Below are positions 1 through 9,501 of a DNA stretch of 51,509 bases, piece after piece (position 1 is the first letter of the stretch; every line of letters begins with the position of its first letter). The DNA comes from Nannocystaceae bacterium (GTDB lineage: Bacteria; Myxococcota_A; Polyangia; Nannocystales; Nannocystaceae): contig DASZPU010000873.1 in assembly GCA_035550195.1 (NCBI GenBank), positions 1-51,509 of the forward strand, given 5' to 3'. The notes under the pieces were generated by a model. It was not told where the DNA came from. It ran no database searches and worked only from the letters and a program-made list of their open reading frames with translations. The translations under genes and the position numbers were made by a program.

Positions 1-2907
1 GAACGGCAACGTGAGCGGCAGCGACGCGATGATGGTGACCGGGTGCAGCCAGCTGCCGAACTGTGCGGCGAGCACGAGGAACATGAAGGTGAACGACAGG
101 ATCACCGCCACCTTGAAGCTCTGGATCGCGCGACCGAGCTCGCGCGACCGCCCGTAGAGCTGGCCGCTGTAGCCCGGATCGAGATCGAGCTCGCCCTTGA
201 TGCGCTCGAGCGCGTCGATGATGTTCTGCTCCGACGAGCCCGGCAGTGTGTTGATGAAGATCGTGCTCTGCCGCTCGCGGCCGAAGTGCGTGATGACGGC
301 GGGACCCGTGGTCTCGGTGATCGTCGCGACGTCGGAGAGCCGCACGACTTGGCCGGTCGCGCTGGGCACCGTGATGCGGGCGATCTGCTCGGGTCGGCTG
401 CGCGACGCTGCATCGGCGCGCACGCGCACCTCGTAGCGCTCGCCGGCTTCGCTGTAGTCGGTGACCTCGAGCCCACCCACGAGCAGGCGCATCGCGTTCG
501 CGATGTCGGTGACCGTGACGCCGAGATCGGCCGCACGTCGGCGGTCGATCTGCACCGCATACGCGGGACGACCAGTGATGAGCGACGTGCTCGCTTCGCT
601 CACACCCTCGACCTCGCGCACCTTCGCGAGCATGTCGGTGGTGTATTGATCGAGCTTCGAGATGTCCTGACCGGAGATGATGTACTGCACCGGCGCCGCC
701 TGCTGGCCGGTGCCGCCGAACGCCGCGATGGGGCTGATGAGCACCGTGACGCCCTCGGGGGTCACCTCGGGCAGCACCTCGTTGCGAATCGCGACGATGA
801 GATCGTCCTGCGAGATGTCGCGCTTGTCGGCGGGCACCATGCGGGCGTAGAGCGAGGCCTGGTTGGGCCCGCGGCCCGAGAGATCACCGGCGGGCGCACC
901 GACGGTGAGCACGGTCGCATCGACCTCGGGGAGCTTCGCCACCGCGCGAGCGATGCGTTGGCCGTAGAGCTGGGTCTGCGCCAACGACGTGCCTTCGGGC
1001 GCGCGCACCGTGATCTCGAAGCGCGACTCGTCCTCGTTGGGGAGGAAGTTCTTGGGCACGATCTTCACCAGTGGCCCGATCGACGCGAGCGTACCGATGA
1101 GGATGAGACCGACGACCCAGCGGAAGCGCATCGCGGTCGCGAGCAGCTTCATGTAGCCGCGCTCGATCAAGCGGTAGAGGAAGCCGTCGGCGGCTTGGCC
1201 GTGTCCGCCGAGCGCACCGGGCACGTCGGCGAGCGTGCGCTTGCCGTTGCCCCACTCGCGGAACTGCTGACGCTCGGCCTTGCGATCACCAGGCGCGGGA
1301 TCGGGATCTTCCTCGTCGAGGTCGTCGTCGATCACGCGGCGGAACGGATCGCCGGTGCTCGGGGTGGGCGGCGTCGCGACGGCGCGCGACGGTGCCGGTA
1401 CGGTCGCGTCGAGCTTCTTCGGCGCGACCGGGCCCGAGAGCCAGCGCGCCGACAGCATCGGCGTGAGCGTGAACGAAACGAACAGCGACACGATGATCGC
1501 GAACGACATCGTGAAGCCGAAGCTGCCCATGAAGCGGCCGATGATGCCGCTCATGAACGCGATCGGCAGGAACACCGCGACCAGCGAGAGCGAGGTCGCG
1601 AGCACCGCGAGCCCGATCTCTTGCGTCGCGACCACTGCGGCGCGCCGGGCCGTGTAGCCCTTCTCCTCGATGTACCTGACGATGTTCTCGAGCACGACGA
1701 TGGCGTCGTCGATGACGATGCCGACCGACAGCGTCAGGCCGAGCAACGTGATCATGTTGAGCGTGAGCCCGAGCGCCGCGATGAGCGTGAACGTCGAGAT
1801 GATCGACGTGGGGATCGCGAGCGCGGCGATGACCGTCGAGCGACCGTTGCGCAGGAAGACGAGCACGACCAGCGCCGCGAGGAAGCCGCCCACGACGAGG
1901 TGCTCCTGCACCGCGTGGATCGAGTTCGAGATGAACTCGCTCTCGTCGCGCACGATCTCCAGTCGATAGCTGGGCGGGATGGTCTTCTCGATCTCGGCGA
2001 TGCGCTCGCGCAGCGACTCGACCACGGCGACCGTGTTCGCGCCCGACTGCTTGCGGATGGAGAGGATGACGACCTCTTCGCCGTCGACCGTCGCGATCGA
2101 CTCGGGATCGCGGCCGGCATCCTTCACCTCGGCCACGTCGGAGACGCGGATGACCTTGCCCGCGCGGTTGATGATCGGGATGAGCCCGAACTCGGCGGGT
2201 TCGGCGATGCGGCCCGACACGCGCAGCTGCAGCGTGCGCTCGCCCTCGATCACGTCGCCACCGGGGATCTCGACGTTCTCGGCCGCCAGCGCGCGCTGGA
2301 GGTCGCGGGCGGTGAGGCCCACCGCGCCGAGCTTCTCGGGATCGACGATGACCTGGATGTCGCGCTCGCGACCGCCGCTGATCGCGATGCCGCCGACGCC
2401 GGTCAGCGACTCGATGCGACGACGGATCGTGCGGTCGGCGAAGTCGGTGGCCTCGAGCAGCGTGCGCGTCGAGTGCACGGCGACCAACATGATCGGCGCG
2501 GCATCGGGATCGATGCGCTCGATACGGGGCTGATCGATGCCGTCGGGCAGCTGCGAGAGCACGCGTCCGACGCGGTCACGCACCTCTTCGGAGGCCTCGC
2601 CGACGTCCTTCTCGAGGTCGAAGCGCGCCATGACGACGCTCGCGCCCTCGTAGGAATTCGAAGTGAGCTCGTCGAGACCCGCGATGGAGTTGAGCTGCTC
2701 CTCGATGATCTCGGTGACCTCGGTCTCGACCTGCTCGGGCGATGCGCCCGGTAGCACGGTGGTGACCACGATCGCGGGGAAGTCGATCTTGGGGAAGCGA
2801 TCGACGCCGAGGCCCTGCATGCTGGCGATGCCGAACACGCCGAGCGAGAGCACCAGCACCCACGTGAAGACCGGATGACGAACACAGACTCGGGCGAGCC
2901 ACTGCAT
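1..2907 (-). CDS. RND (HAE1/AcrB-type) efflux transporter permease, C-terminus cut by window edge
   Basis: Absent from the ORF track because it has no stop in the window. Reverse complement from ATG at 2907 reads MQWLARVCVRHPVFTWVLVLSLGVFGIASMQGLGVDRFPKIDFPAIVVTTVLPGASPEQVE... The codons at the edge read FGSWLHPVTIIASLPLTLPF, an RND TM motif. GGGGAG lies about 9 nt upstream. The + ORF 43..2754 is its antisense shadow. Confidence 0.9.
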   Translation of the reverse strand, partial: MQWLARVCVRHPVFTWVLVLSLGVFGIASMQGLGVDRFPKIDFPAIVVTTVLPGASPEQVETEVTEIIEEQLNSIAGLDELTSNSYEGASVVMARFDLEKDVGEASEEVRDRVGRVLSQLPDGIDQPRIERIDPDAAPIMLVAVHSTRTLLEATDFADRTIRRRIESLTGVGGIAISGGRERDIQVIVDPEKLGAVGLTARDLQRALAAENVEIPGGDVIEGERTLQLRVSGRIAEPAEFGLIPIINRAGKVIRVSDVAEVKDAGRDPESIATVDGEEVVILSIRKQSGANTVAVVESLRERIAEIEKTIPPSYRLEIVRDESEFISNSIHAVQEHLVVGGFLAALVVLVFLRNGRSTVIAALAIPTSIISTFTLIAALGLTLNMITLLGLTLSVGIVIDDAIVVLENIVRYIEEKGYTARRAAVVATQEIGLAVLATSLSLVAVFLPIAFMSGIIGRFMGSFGFTMSFAIIVSLFVSFTLTPMLSARWLSGPVAPKKLDATVPAPSRAVATPPTPSTGDPFRRVIDDDLDEEDPDPAPGDRKAERQQFREWGNGKRTLADVPGALGGHGQAADGFLYRLIERGYMKLLATAMRFRWVVGLILIGTLASIGPLVKIVPKNFLPNEDESRFEITVRAPEGTSLAQTQLYGQRIARAVAKLPEVDATVLTVGAPAGDLSGRGPNQASLYARMVPADKRDISQDDLIVAIRNEVLPEVTPEGVTVLISPIAAFGGTGQQAAPVQYIISGQDISKLDQYTTDMLAKVREVEGVSEASTSLITGRPAYAVQIDRRRAADLGVTVTDIANAMRLLVGGLEVTDYSEAGERYEVRVRADAASRSRPEQIARITVPSATGQVVRLSDVATITETTGPAVITHFGRERQSTIFINTLPGSSEQNIIDALERIKGELDLDPGYSGQLYGRSRELGRAIQSFKVAVILSFTFMFLVLAAQFGSWLHPVTIIASLPLTLPF

Positions 2908-2926
2908 GATCGGAAGCTCCCCTCGT

Positions 2927-4117
2927 TCAGCCGACGTCGTCCAAGACGGTTACGGAGACGCCGTCGGCGAGCTCTTCGAGCCCATCGGTGGCGACGCGAT
3001 CGCCGGCCTTCAGGCCCTCGGCGATCGTCACTTGCTTGGAGGTGCGCTCTGCGACCGAGACCACGCGCTCCTCGATGCGATCGCCCGCGATGACGAACAC
3101 GCGCGAGACTCCGGCCGCGGTGCGCACGGCTTCGCTGGGTACCGTGGTGACCGTCTCGGAACCGCCGGTCTGCAGTCGCGCGGTGGCGAAGAGGCCGGGG
3201 CGCAAGAGGCCATCGGTGTTGGGCACCACCGCCTCGACGGTGAGCGAGCGGGTCTCGCGTTGCACCGACGCGCTGACGTAGCGCACCGTCGCTTCGAACT
3301 CGCGATCGGGCAGTGCGTCGACGATCACCGTGACCTTCTGACCGGGCTGCACCGCCTCGAGGTGCTGCTGCGGCACGGACAGCTCGATGCGCAGCGGGTC
3401 GGTGCGTACGAGCGTGACCAGCGAGGTCTGCGGCGTGACGTACTCACCGACCGACACGCTGCGTACCGCGATCTCGCCAGCGAACGGGGCGCGGATCTTC
3501 GCTTCGGACGTGGAGGTCATCGCTTGGTCGAGCGACGCTTCCGCGCCCTGCAGCGCGGTGAGTGATGCACGGGCGCCGTTCTTCGCGGTGCTGAGACGAT
3601 CCACCGCCGATGCGGCTTTCGTGCGCACCTGATCGAGCTCGGCTTGCGCGAGCGCGCCGCTGGCGAACAGACGCTCGGCGCGGGCGAGCTCGCTCTGCGC
3701 GAGGTCGAGCTCGGACTTCGCGAGCTTCACCTCGGGCAACGCATCGGCGTCGGGGACCTTCGCGCCCTGTTTCATGCCGAGCCGCGCGCGCGCTTCGGCG
3801 AGCGACGCTCGTGCGAGCTTGGCCTGCAGCTTGAAGTCGACGTCGCGCAGACGGATGAGCTCGTCACCCTCCGCGACCTTCGCTCCGCGCTCGACCGAGA
3901 CCGCGACCACGCGGCCGGACACGATGCTGGTGACGTTCGATTCTTCGTCGGCGAGCAGCGTGCCGTCGAGCGTGAGCGCGACGGGACGACTCTGCGCGAT
4001 CGCTTCGGCCACGTGCACGGAGACGGTCTTGTCGGCGGTCTCCTCGTGCGGCTGCGCGGCCGGGCGCGTGCACGCGACGAGCAGCAGGGCCAACGATGCG
4101 GTGAATGTCGCTCTCAT
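2927..4117 (-). CDS. RND efflux membrane fusion protein (HlyD/AcrA family periplasmic adaptor), lipoprotein
   Basis: Lipobox LLLVAC; barrel-sandwich and coiled-coil pattern (VSGRVVAVSVERGAKVAEGDELIRLRD, LAEARARL..LAQSELARAERL); sits 19 nt upstream of the RND gene. Confidence 0.9.
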   Translation of the reverse strand: MRATFTASLALLLVACTRPAAQPHEETADKTVSVHVAEAIAQSRPVALTLDGTLLADEESNVTSIVSGRVVAVSVERGAKVAEGDELIRLRDVDFKLQAKLARASLAEARARLGMKQGAKVPDADALPEVKLAKSELDLAQSELARAERLFASGALAQAELDQVRTKAASAVDRLSTAKNGARASLTALQGAEASLDQAMTSTSEAKIRAPFAGEIAVRSVSVGEYVTPQTSLVTLVRTDPLRIELSVPQQHLEAVQPGQKVTVIVDALPDREFEATVRYVSASVQRETRSLTVEAVVPNTDGLLRPGLFATARLQTGGSETVTTVPSEAVRTAAGVSRVFVIAGDRIEERVVSVAERTSKQVTIAEGLKAGDRVATDGLEELADGVSVTVLDDVG

Positions 4118-4764
4118 ACGGCAGCTTTCTGGTCTCGGGATGGATGGAACTTCGCGGCGCGGCGCATGCCGGACGGCGTGAGCCGAAGCGCGGCGAGCAG
4201 GCTCTCGACCTGCGGCAGCTCGACGGTGAAGTCGGGCTGCGTGATCGACATGCCGCGGAAGAGGTAGATCATCACGCGCATCAGCTCGTCGGGTGGCACC
4301 TTGGCATCGATGTCGCCGTCTGCTTGGGCCTGCGCGATCATTTCTGCCGTCGCTCGGGTGATGCGCTGCAAGTGATCGGCGAGCAGCGCGCGGAGGTGCT
4401 CGGACATCACCTCGCCGTGCAACACGGCCTGCATCACGACGCGCGAGGCGTCGACGGTCTGCTCGGCCAGCTGGTTACGCTTGCGAATGACTGCGAAGAC
4501 CAAGCGATCGACCGCGCGCTCGCGCGGGACCGCGAGCAGCTGATCCGACTGCGCGATCATCTCCTCGACGATCGCTTCGAAGACCGCTTCCTTGCTGGTG
4601 AAGTAGTGGTAGAGCAGGCCGTTGCTGAGGCTTGCGGCGGCCGCGATGTCGGTCACCTTGGCGCGCGACAGCCCCTTCTCGGTGAACACCCGAGTCGCGG
4701 CCGCGAGGATCTCGCTGCGGCGTGATGCGCGGATCTGTTGGTTGTCTTCTTCGGAGCGCGGCAT
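4114..4764 (-). CDS. TetR family transcriptional regulator
   Basis: HTH segment EILAAATRVFTEKGLSRAKVTDIAAAASLSNGLLYHYFTSKEAVF. Stop overlaps the MFP start (ATGA at 4114-4117). The track start at 4797 is TTG; I prefer ATG at 4764 (MPRSEEDNQQ). Confidence 0.85.
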   Translation of the reverse strand: MPRSEEDNQQIRASRRSEILAAATRVFTEKGLSRAKVTDIAAAASLSNGLLYHYFTSKEAVFEAIVEEMIAQSDQLLAVPRERAVDRLVFAVIRKRNQLAEQTVDASRVVMQAVLHGEVMSEHLRALLADHLQRITRATAEMIAQAQADGDIDAKVPPDELMRVMIYLFRGMSITQPDFTVELPQVESLLAALRLTPSGMRRAAKFHPSRDQKAAV

Positions 4765-4773
4765 GGCCGTCGG

Positions 4774-4805
4774 TTGACTGGTTGGTTGAACCGCCAATCA
4801 ATCAA
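4774..4805. promoter_or_regulatory. Imperfect inverted repeat, candidate TetR operator / promoter of the efflux operon
   Basis: TTGACTGGTTGG-N8-CCAATCAATCAA (10 of 12 positions complementary), unusually AT-rich for this DNA, 10-40 nt upstream of the tetR ATG. Confidence 0.45.
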
Positions 4806-4863
4806 TACGGCACGACCTCTGGAGCGTCAAGGCTGGACGGCCCCGATACGACGTTCTGTGGGC

Positions 4864-5424
4864 TCACATGGGCGCCCAGCGCGCACCGGTCTCGCAGTCG
4901 ACGTGCGCGAGGTGGGCTCCGTGCGCATCGATGACCATCGTGCCGAAGACGATCGGCAGCGCGAAGCGACGCGGTCCCGCCGAGCCGGGATTGAACACCG
5001 CGAGCCCGCGATCGCGACCGATGAACGGCACGTGCGAGTGACCGCAGATCACGAGCTCGGCCGCGCGAGCGCGTGCGAGTCGAGCGACGTCGGCACGAAT
5101 GCGTGGACCCGCGACGCCGATGTGCACGAGCAGCACGCGCAGTGAAACGTCCGCAGGACCGCGTGCATCGATGACCAGCACGTCGGGGAGCTCGGCCGCG
5201 CGGACATCGATGTTACCGCGCACGGCATGCACGGGAGCGACGCGCGCGAGCGCTTCGAGCACCTCGAGATCGCCGATGTCACCCGCGTGTACGATCGCGG
5301 TGGGCGCGAACGCAGCGATGTGCTCGAGCGTTCGCGGGTGCGGCCGCGAGTGCGTGTCGGCGATGACTGCGAGGCGCAACGGTCCCTCGCCCGCGATCGT
5401 CACGGCGTGCTCGCGTGGCAACAC
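4864..5424 (-). CDS. Metallophosphoesterase, YfcE/MJ0936-like phosphodiesterase
   Basis: Motifs [39 protein letters not shown]; GTG start. Confidence 0.85.
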   Translation of the reverse strand: MLPREHAVTIAGEGPLRLAVIADTHSRPHPRTLEHIAAFAPTAIVHAGDIGDLEVLEALARVAPVHAVRGNIDVRAAELPDVLVIDARGPADVSLRVLLVHIGVAGPRIRADVARLARARAAELVICGHSHVPFIGRDRGLAVFNPGSAGPRRFALPIVFGTMVIDAHGAHLAHVDCETGARWAPM

Positions 5425-5595
5425 GTCCCCGTACTAGCACCACCTTGGGGCGCGTGCGGCGGAGCCGCGACTTCGCGGATCTGGGTGGGCGAAGGCCCAC
5501 CTCGCGGCCCACCCCTGCACACCGCGCCCATACGGCGATTCGTCGCGCGCGCTCGATGCGGGGCGGCCGCTTGCTACCATCATTCGGCCCCCGCG

Positions 5596-7110
5596 ATGCA
5601 ATCCGACGATCCCCAGTTCACGGACACACTGGCCTCGCAGGGGTCGGTCCGTGGACGCATCGGCGCGCCCGAGCCCGCCGACGAGGTGCACACCAAGCCG
5701 CTCGACACCGGCGATTTCATCGGGCGCTACCGCATCAAGGAGCGCGTCGGTGAAGGTGGCATGGGCGTGGTGTATGCGGCCGAGGATCCCGAGCTCGGGC
5801 GCCTGGTCGCGATCAAGTTGTTACGTCCGATGCAGGGCGACGAGGCCGAGCTGCAACAGCGTCGAATGTTGCGCGAGGCCCAAGCGCTCGCCCGCGTATC
5901 GCATCGCAACCTCGTGATGGTGTTCGACGTGGGCAGCCTACGCGGTCGCGTGTGGATCGCGATGGAGTACGTCGCGGGCGACACGCTCGAGGTGTGGCTC
6001 GCCCGCGAGCGACGCACGTGGGCGGAGATCGTCGACGTGTTCGTCGAAGCTGGGCGTGGGCTCGCCGCCGTCCATTCGGCCGGGCTGGTACACCGCGACT
6101 TCAAGCCCGGCAACGTGATCGTTCGCCAAGACGGCACCGTGCAGGTGCTCGACTTCGGGCTGGCTGCGCGCGCGGGCGAGCGTGATCTCGAGGCCGAAGC
6201 GCGGCGCCACGAGACGCCCGATCTCGACGTGCTCGCGGCGACGCTCACCACCACCGGCGCGTTCATGGGCACGCCCGCGTACATGGCCCCCGAGCAGTTC
6301 CTCATGCGCCCCACCGACGGGCGCGCCGATCAGTTCAGCGTGTGCGTCGCGCTCTACGAAGCGCTCTACGGCCATCGTCCGTTCACCGGCAAGGATCTCG
6401 CGTCGCTCATGGCCGCGACGATCGAAGGTCTACCGGGCCTGCCCGCGGAGATGCCGGGCCTGCCGATCGCGGTGCGCCAGGTGATCGCGCGCGGGCTCAT
6501 GCGCGAGCCCGACGATCGCTTTCCCGACATGACCGCGCTCGTGCAAGCGCTCGCCGACACGCGCGCACCGAAGGAGAAGAGCACGCCGGGTGGTTGGCGA
6601 CGCTTCGCGCTCGGCATGATGGTCGGCGGTGGTGCGCTCGCGGTCGCGACCGCCGTGCTGCTCTCGCAACCCGACGATGCACCGATCGAGCTGCCGACGA
6701 CGCCGAGCGAGCCGGCACCGATCACGACGCCCGCGCCTGCTGCGATCACGCCGACACCGACGACGCCGCAACCGTCGACCGCGTTGCCCGCACCGCCCAT
6801 CGTCGAGCCCGCGCCGATCGTCGCCGACGATCCCGCGGCGATCGAGCAACCCGCGCCTGCGACCGGCACCACGCGCACGGACGCGCGTCCGCTGCCCGCG
6901 ACGCAAGAGCCGGGTGCACCACCGTCGACGACCTTGCCGAGCGCGTTGCCGGGGCTGAAGGATCTCACCGACGACGATCCCGAGCCCGCGCCACCGAGCA
7001 AGCCCAGCGAGCCTGCGCCGACAGCCGAGCCCGCCGCGGAGCCCAGCAAGCCGGTCGATCGTCCCGAGCCGAGCACTCCACCCGCGGACGACCCCGAACC
7101 CGCGCAGTAG
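5596..7110 (+). CDS. Hanks-type Ser/Thr protein kinase with one TM helix and a Pro/Thr/Ala-rich tail
   Basis: VGEGGMGVVYAA, VAIKLL, HRDFKPGNVIV, DFGLA, GTPAYMAPE. The track ORF starts at 5227 but overlaps the divergent phosphoesterase gene; ATG at 5596 (MQSDDPQF) is preferred. Confidence 0.85.
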   Translation: MQSDDPQFTDTLASQGSVRGRIGAPEPADEVHTKPLDTGDFIGRYRIKERVGEGGMGVVYAAEDPELGRLVAIKLLRPMQGDEAELQQRRMLREAQALARVSHRNLVMVFDVGSLRGRVWIAMEYVAGDTLEVWLARERRTWAEIVDVFVEAGRGLAAVHSAGLVHRDFKPGNVIVRQDGTVQVLDFGLAARAGERDLEAEARRHETPDLDVLAATLTTTGAFMGTPAYMAPEQFLMRPTDGRADQFSVCVALYEALYGHRPFTGKDLASLMAATIEGLPGLPAEMPGLPIAVRQVIARGLMREPDDRFPDMTALVQALADTRAPKEKSTPGGWRRFALGMMVGGGALAVATAVLLSQPDDAPIELPTTPSEPAPITTPAPAAITPTPTTPQPSTALPAPPIVEPAPIVADDPAAIEQPAPATGTTRTDARPLPATQEPGAPPSTTLPSALPGLKDLTDDDPEPAPPSKPSEPAPTAEPAAEPSKPVDRPEPSTPPADDPEPAQ

Positions 7111-7147
7111 TGCTCGAATCGATCGCGGTTGTGGTTGAATCACCGCG

Positions 7148-8953
7148 ATGCCGGAGCAGGGCCCGCCGAGCTATCCGCGCGTGGTCGTGGGGCCGCTCGG
7201 CAGCGATCCGCAAGCGGTGATCCGACGCGGGCTCGGCATCGCAGTCGGCGTCATCCTGCTGCTGCTCGATCTCGCGGTCACGCACACCGCCACCGGCACG
7301 TTGGCGATCCTCGCGATGCTCGGCCTGATCGGTGCGCTCGTCGCCGGCCTCTTGCGCGCACGCAGCCGTCGCATCCGCAAGCTCGTCGGTGCGCTCATCG
7401 GTGCGGACGCGATCATCCTCTTCGCGCTCGTCGCTCTGTTCGTCGCGCGCTCGTACATCCTCTCGCAGGCGTACGAAGGCGCGTCGATCGAGCTCGATCG
7501 CGCGGCGCGGATGTACGATCTCGTGTTCCTGGTCGTCGCGGGCCTGCACGGCTTGTCCGCCGCGATGCCCGAGCGCCTCGCCCGGCTCGCGCTGCGGCTC
7601 GCCCAGCGCCCCGCGCTGATGCTCGCGGGCAGCTTCGCCGCGATGATCCTAGTCGGCACCGTGTTGCTCACGCTCCCGGTCTCGGTCGAGAACGTCGGCG
7701 ACGTCTCGTTCATCAACTCGCTGTTCACGATCACCTCGGCGGTGTGCGTCACCGGGCTCACCGTCAACGAGCCGGGCGTCACCTACACGTTCTTCGGCGA
7801 GCTGGTGATCCTGCTGTCGATCCAGCTCGGTGGCATCGGCATCATGACGCTCGCCGCGCTCGCGCTCGCGTTCGCCCGCGACAGCGCGCTCGCCACCCAG
7901 CTGCGCTACGCCGCGATGCTCGACGCGCGCACGCTCACCGACCTGCGCACCACGGTGCAGAGCATCGTGGTCGGTGCGCTCACCATCGAAGCCGTCGGCG
8001 CGCTGCTCTTGTGGCTGCAGTTCGTCGGCGACCCCCGCACCGAAGGCCACTCGGCGGCATGGTTGGCGCTCTTCCACGCCGTGTCCGCGTTCTGCAACGC
8101 CGGCTTCTCGCTCTTCAACGGCAACCTCGTGCTGTTCGCCGACGATGCCGGCGTGCAGACGATCATCATGCTGCTCATCGTGCTCGGCGGGCTGGGCTTC
8201 CCGGTGATCCGCGAGGTGATCCTGCAGCTCCGCGGGCGTGCGGCGTTCATGCTGCGGCGTGACGCGGGGCGCCCCGATCGACTCTCGCTCGCATCGCGGG
8301 TCGTGCTCATCACGAGTGCGGTCCTGTTGCTGGTGGGCACGGTGCTCACGCTCTTGTTCGAGTGGGGCGGCGACAGCTTCGCGAAGCTCAGCGGTCCCGA
8401 GCGCGTGCTGGCCGCGCTCTTCCACTCGGTCAACACGCGCACGTCGGGCTTCTGCACCGTCGACCTCAGCCTCTTCGGTGCACCGACACTCTTGTGGACG
8501 TGCGTGCTGATGTTCATCGGCGGCTCGCCGGGATCCACCGCGGGCGGCATCAAGACCACCACGCTCGCGGCGCTGTGGGCCACGCTGCGCGGCGAGCTGC
8601 GCGGTCGCGAGCCGCAGCTCGGTCACCGCGCGATCGCACCCGAGGTGTTCCGCCGCGCGACCGCGGTCGCGGCGATCTCCGCCAGCATCGTGCTCGCGTC
8701 GCTCACGCTGATGACGATCGTCGAGGCCAAGCAGGACTTCATCAAGCTGCTGTTCGAGGTGTGCTCGGCGTTCGGCACCGTCGGCCTCACCGCCGGCATC
8801 ACCAGCTCGCTCTCGGTGGCCGGCAAGCTCGTGATCATCTTGACCATGTTCGTGGGCCGCTGTGGTCCGCTCACCGTCGCGCTGGCGGTGGGCAGCGCCG
8901 AAGGCTCGCGCCAGCCCTACCGGCTCGCGCGCGAGAGCATGCCGATCGGATAA
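7148..8953 (+). CDS. trkH: TrkH/KtrB family potassium uptake membrane protein with about 150-aa N-terminal extension
   Basis: Selectivity-filter-type repeats TSAVCVTGL, CNAGFS, RTSGFCTVD, GGSPGSTAGGIKTTT, FGTVGLTAG. Confidence 0.9.
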   Translation: MPEQGPPSYPRVVVGPLGSDPQAVIRRGLGIAVGVILLLLDLAVTHTATGTLAILAMLGLIGALVAGLLRARSRRIRKLVGALIGADAIILFALVALFVARSYILSQAYEGASIELDRAARMYDLVFLVVAGLHGLSAAMPERLARLALRLAQRPALMLAGSFAAMILVGTVLLTLPVSVENVGDVSFINSLFTITSAVCVTGLTVNEPGVTYTFFGELVILLSIQLGGIGIMTLAALALAFARDSALATQLRYAAMLDARTLTDLRTTVQSIVVGALTIEAVGALLLWLQFVGDPRTEGHSAAWLALFHAVSAFCNAGFSLFNGNLVLFADDAGVQTIIMLLIVLGGLGFPVIREVILQLRGRAAFMLRRDAGRPDRLSLASRVVLITSAVLLLVGTVLTLLFEWGGDSFAKLSGPERVLAALFHSVNTRTSGFCTVDLSLFGAPTLLWTCVLMFIGGSPGSTAGGIKTTTLAALWATLRGELRGREPQLGHRAIAPEVFRRATAVAAISASIVLASLTLMTIVEAKQDFIKLLFEVCSAFGTVGLTAGITSSLSVAGKLVIILTMFVGRCGPLTVALAVGSAEGSRQPYRLARESMPIG

Positions 8954-8964
8954 GGAGAGAGCAC

Positions 8965-9501
8965 ATGGCACGACGCATCCTGGTGATCGGTCTCGGACGA
9001 TTCGGCTCGGCGCTCGCCGAGTCGCTCGCGCGCGAGGGCTGCGAGGTGGTCGCGATCGACAACGACATGAGCCATGTCGATTCCATCAAGGCGAAGGTGA
9101 CCTACGCGCTCGAGCTCGATGCCACCGATCCGCTGGCGCTGCGCTCGATCGATCCCCACACCGCTGCGGTCGCGATCGTGGCGGTCGGCGAGAACTTCGA
9201 AGGCGCGGTGCTCTCGGTCGCAGCGCTGCGCGAGCTCGGCGTGCAGCAGATCGTCGCGCGCGCGATCACGCCACGGCACGGTCGCATCTTGCTCGCCGCG
9301 GGGGCGAATCGCGTGATCGAGATCGAGTCGGAGATGGGTCGCGCGCTCGGACGCGAGCTCGCGCATGGCTCGGATCCCGCGCTGCACATGGCGGCGCAAG
9401 CGATCGCCGCGAGCCACTCGGGGCCGGTGATCGTGCCCGCGGGTCACCCGACGCCGCCGCCCGGCCCGGGTGGGCCCCCGCCAGGGTACAAAGGTGGCTG
9501 A
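8965..9501 (+). CDS. trkA: TrkA/KtrA-type NAD-binding (RCK N-domain) potassium uptake regulator
   Basis: MARRILVIGLGRFGSALAESLAREGCEVVAIDND Rossmann motif; AAGGAGAGA RBS at 8952-8960; internal start within track ORF 8362..9501. Confidence 0.9.
   Translation: MARRILVIGLGRFGSALAESLAREGCEVVAIDNDMSHVDSIKAKVTYALELDATDPLALRSIDPHTAAVAIVAVGENFEGAVLSVAALRELGVQQIVARAITPRHGRILLAAGANRVIEIESEMGRALGRELAHGSDPALHMAAQAIAASHSGPVIVPAGHPTPPPGPGGPPPGYKGG

Noticed and set aside
43-2754. 903-aa + strand ORF, the longest in the first 3 kb
   Set aside because: It is the antisense shadow of the RND permease gene. The translation is R/D/E/H/G/A-rich with no recognisable motif, whereas the minus strand gives textbook RND sequence.
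7111-7147. Possible c-di-AMP (ydaO/kimA-type) riboswitch upstream of the potassium transporter genes
   Set aside because: The gap is only 37 nt, far too short for that riboswitch, and no conserved motif is visible.
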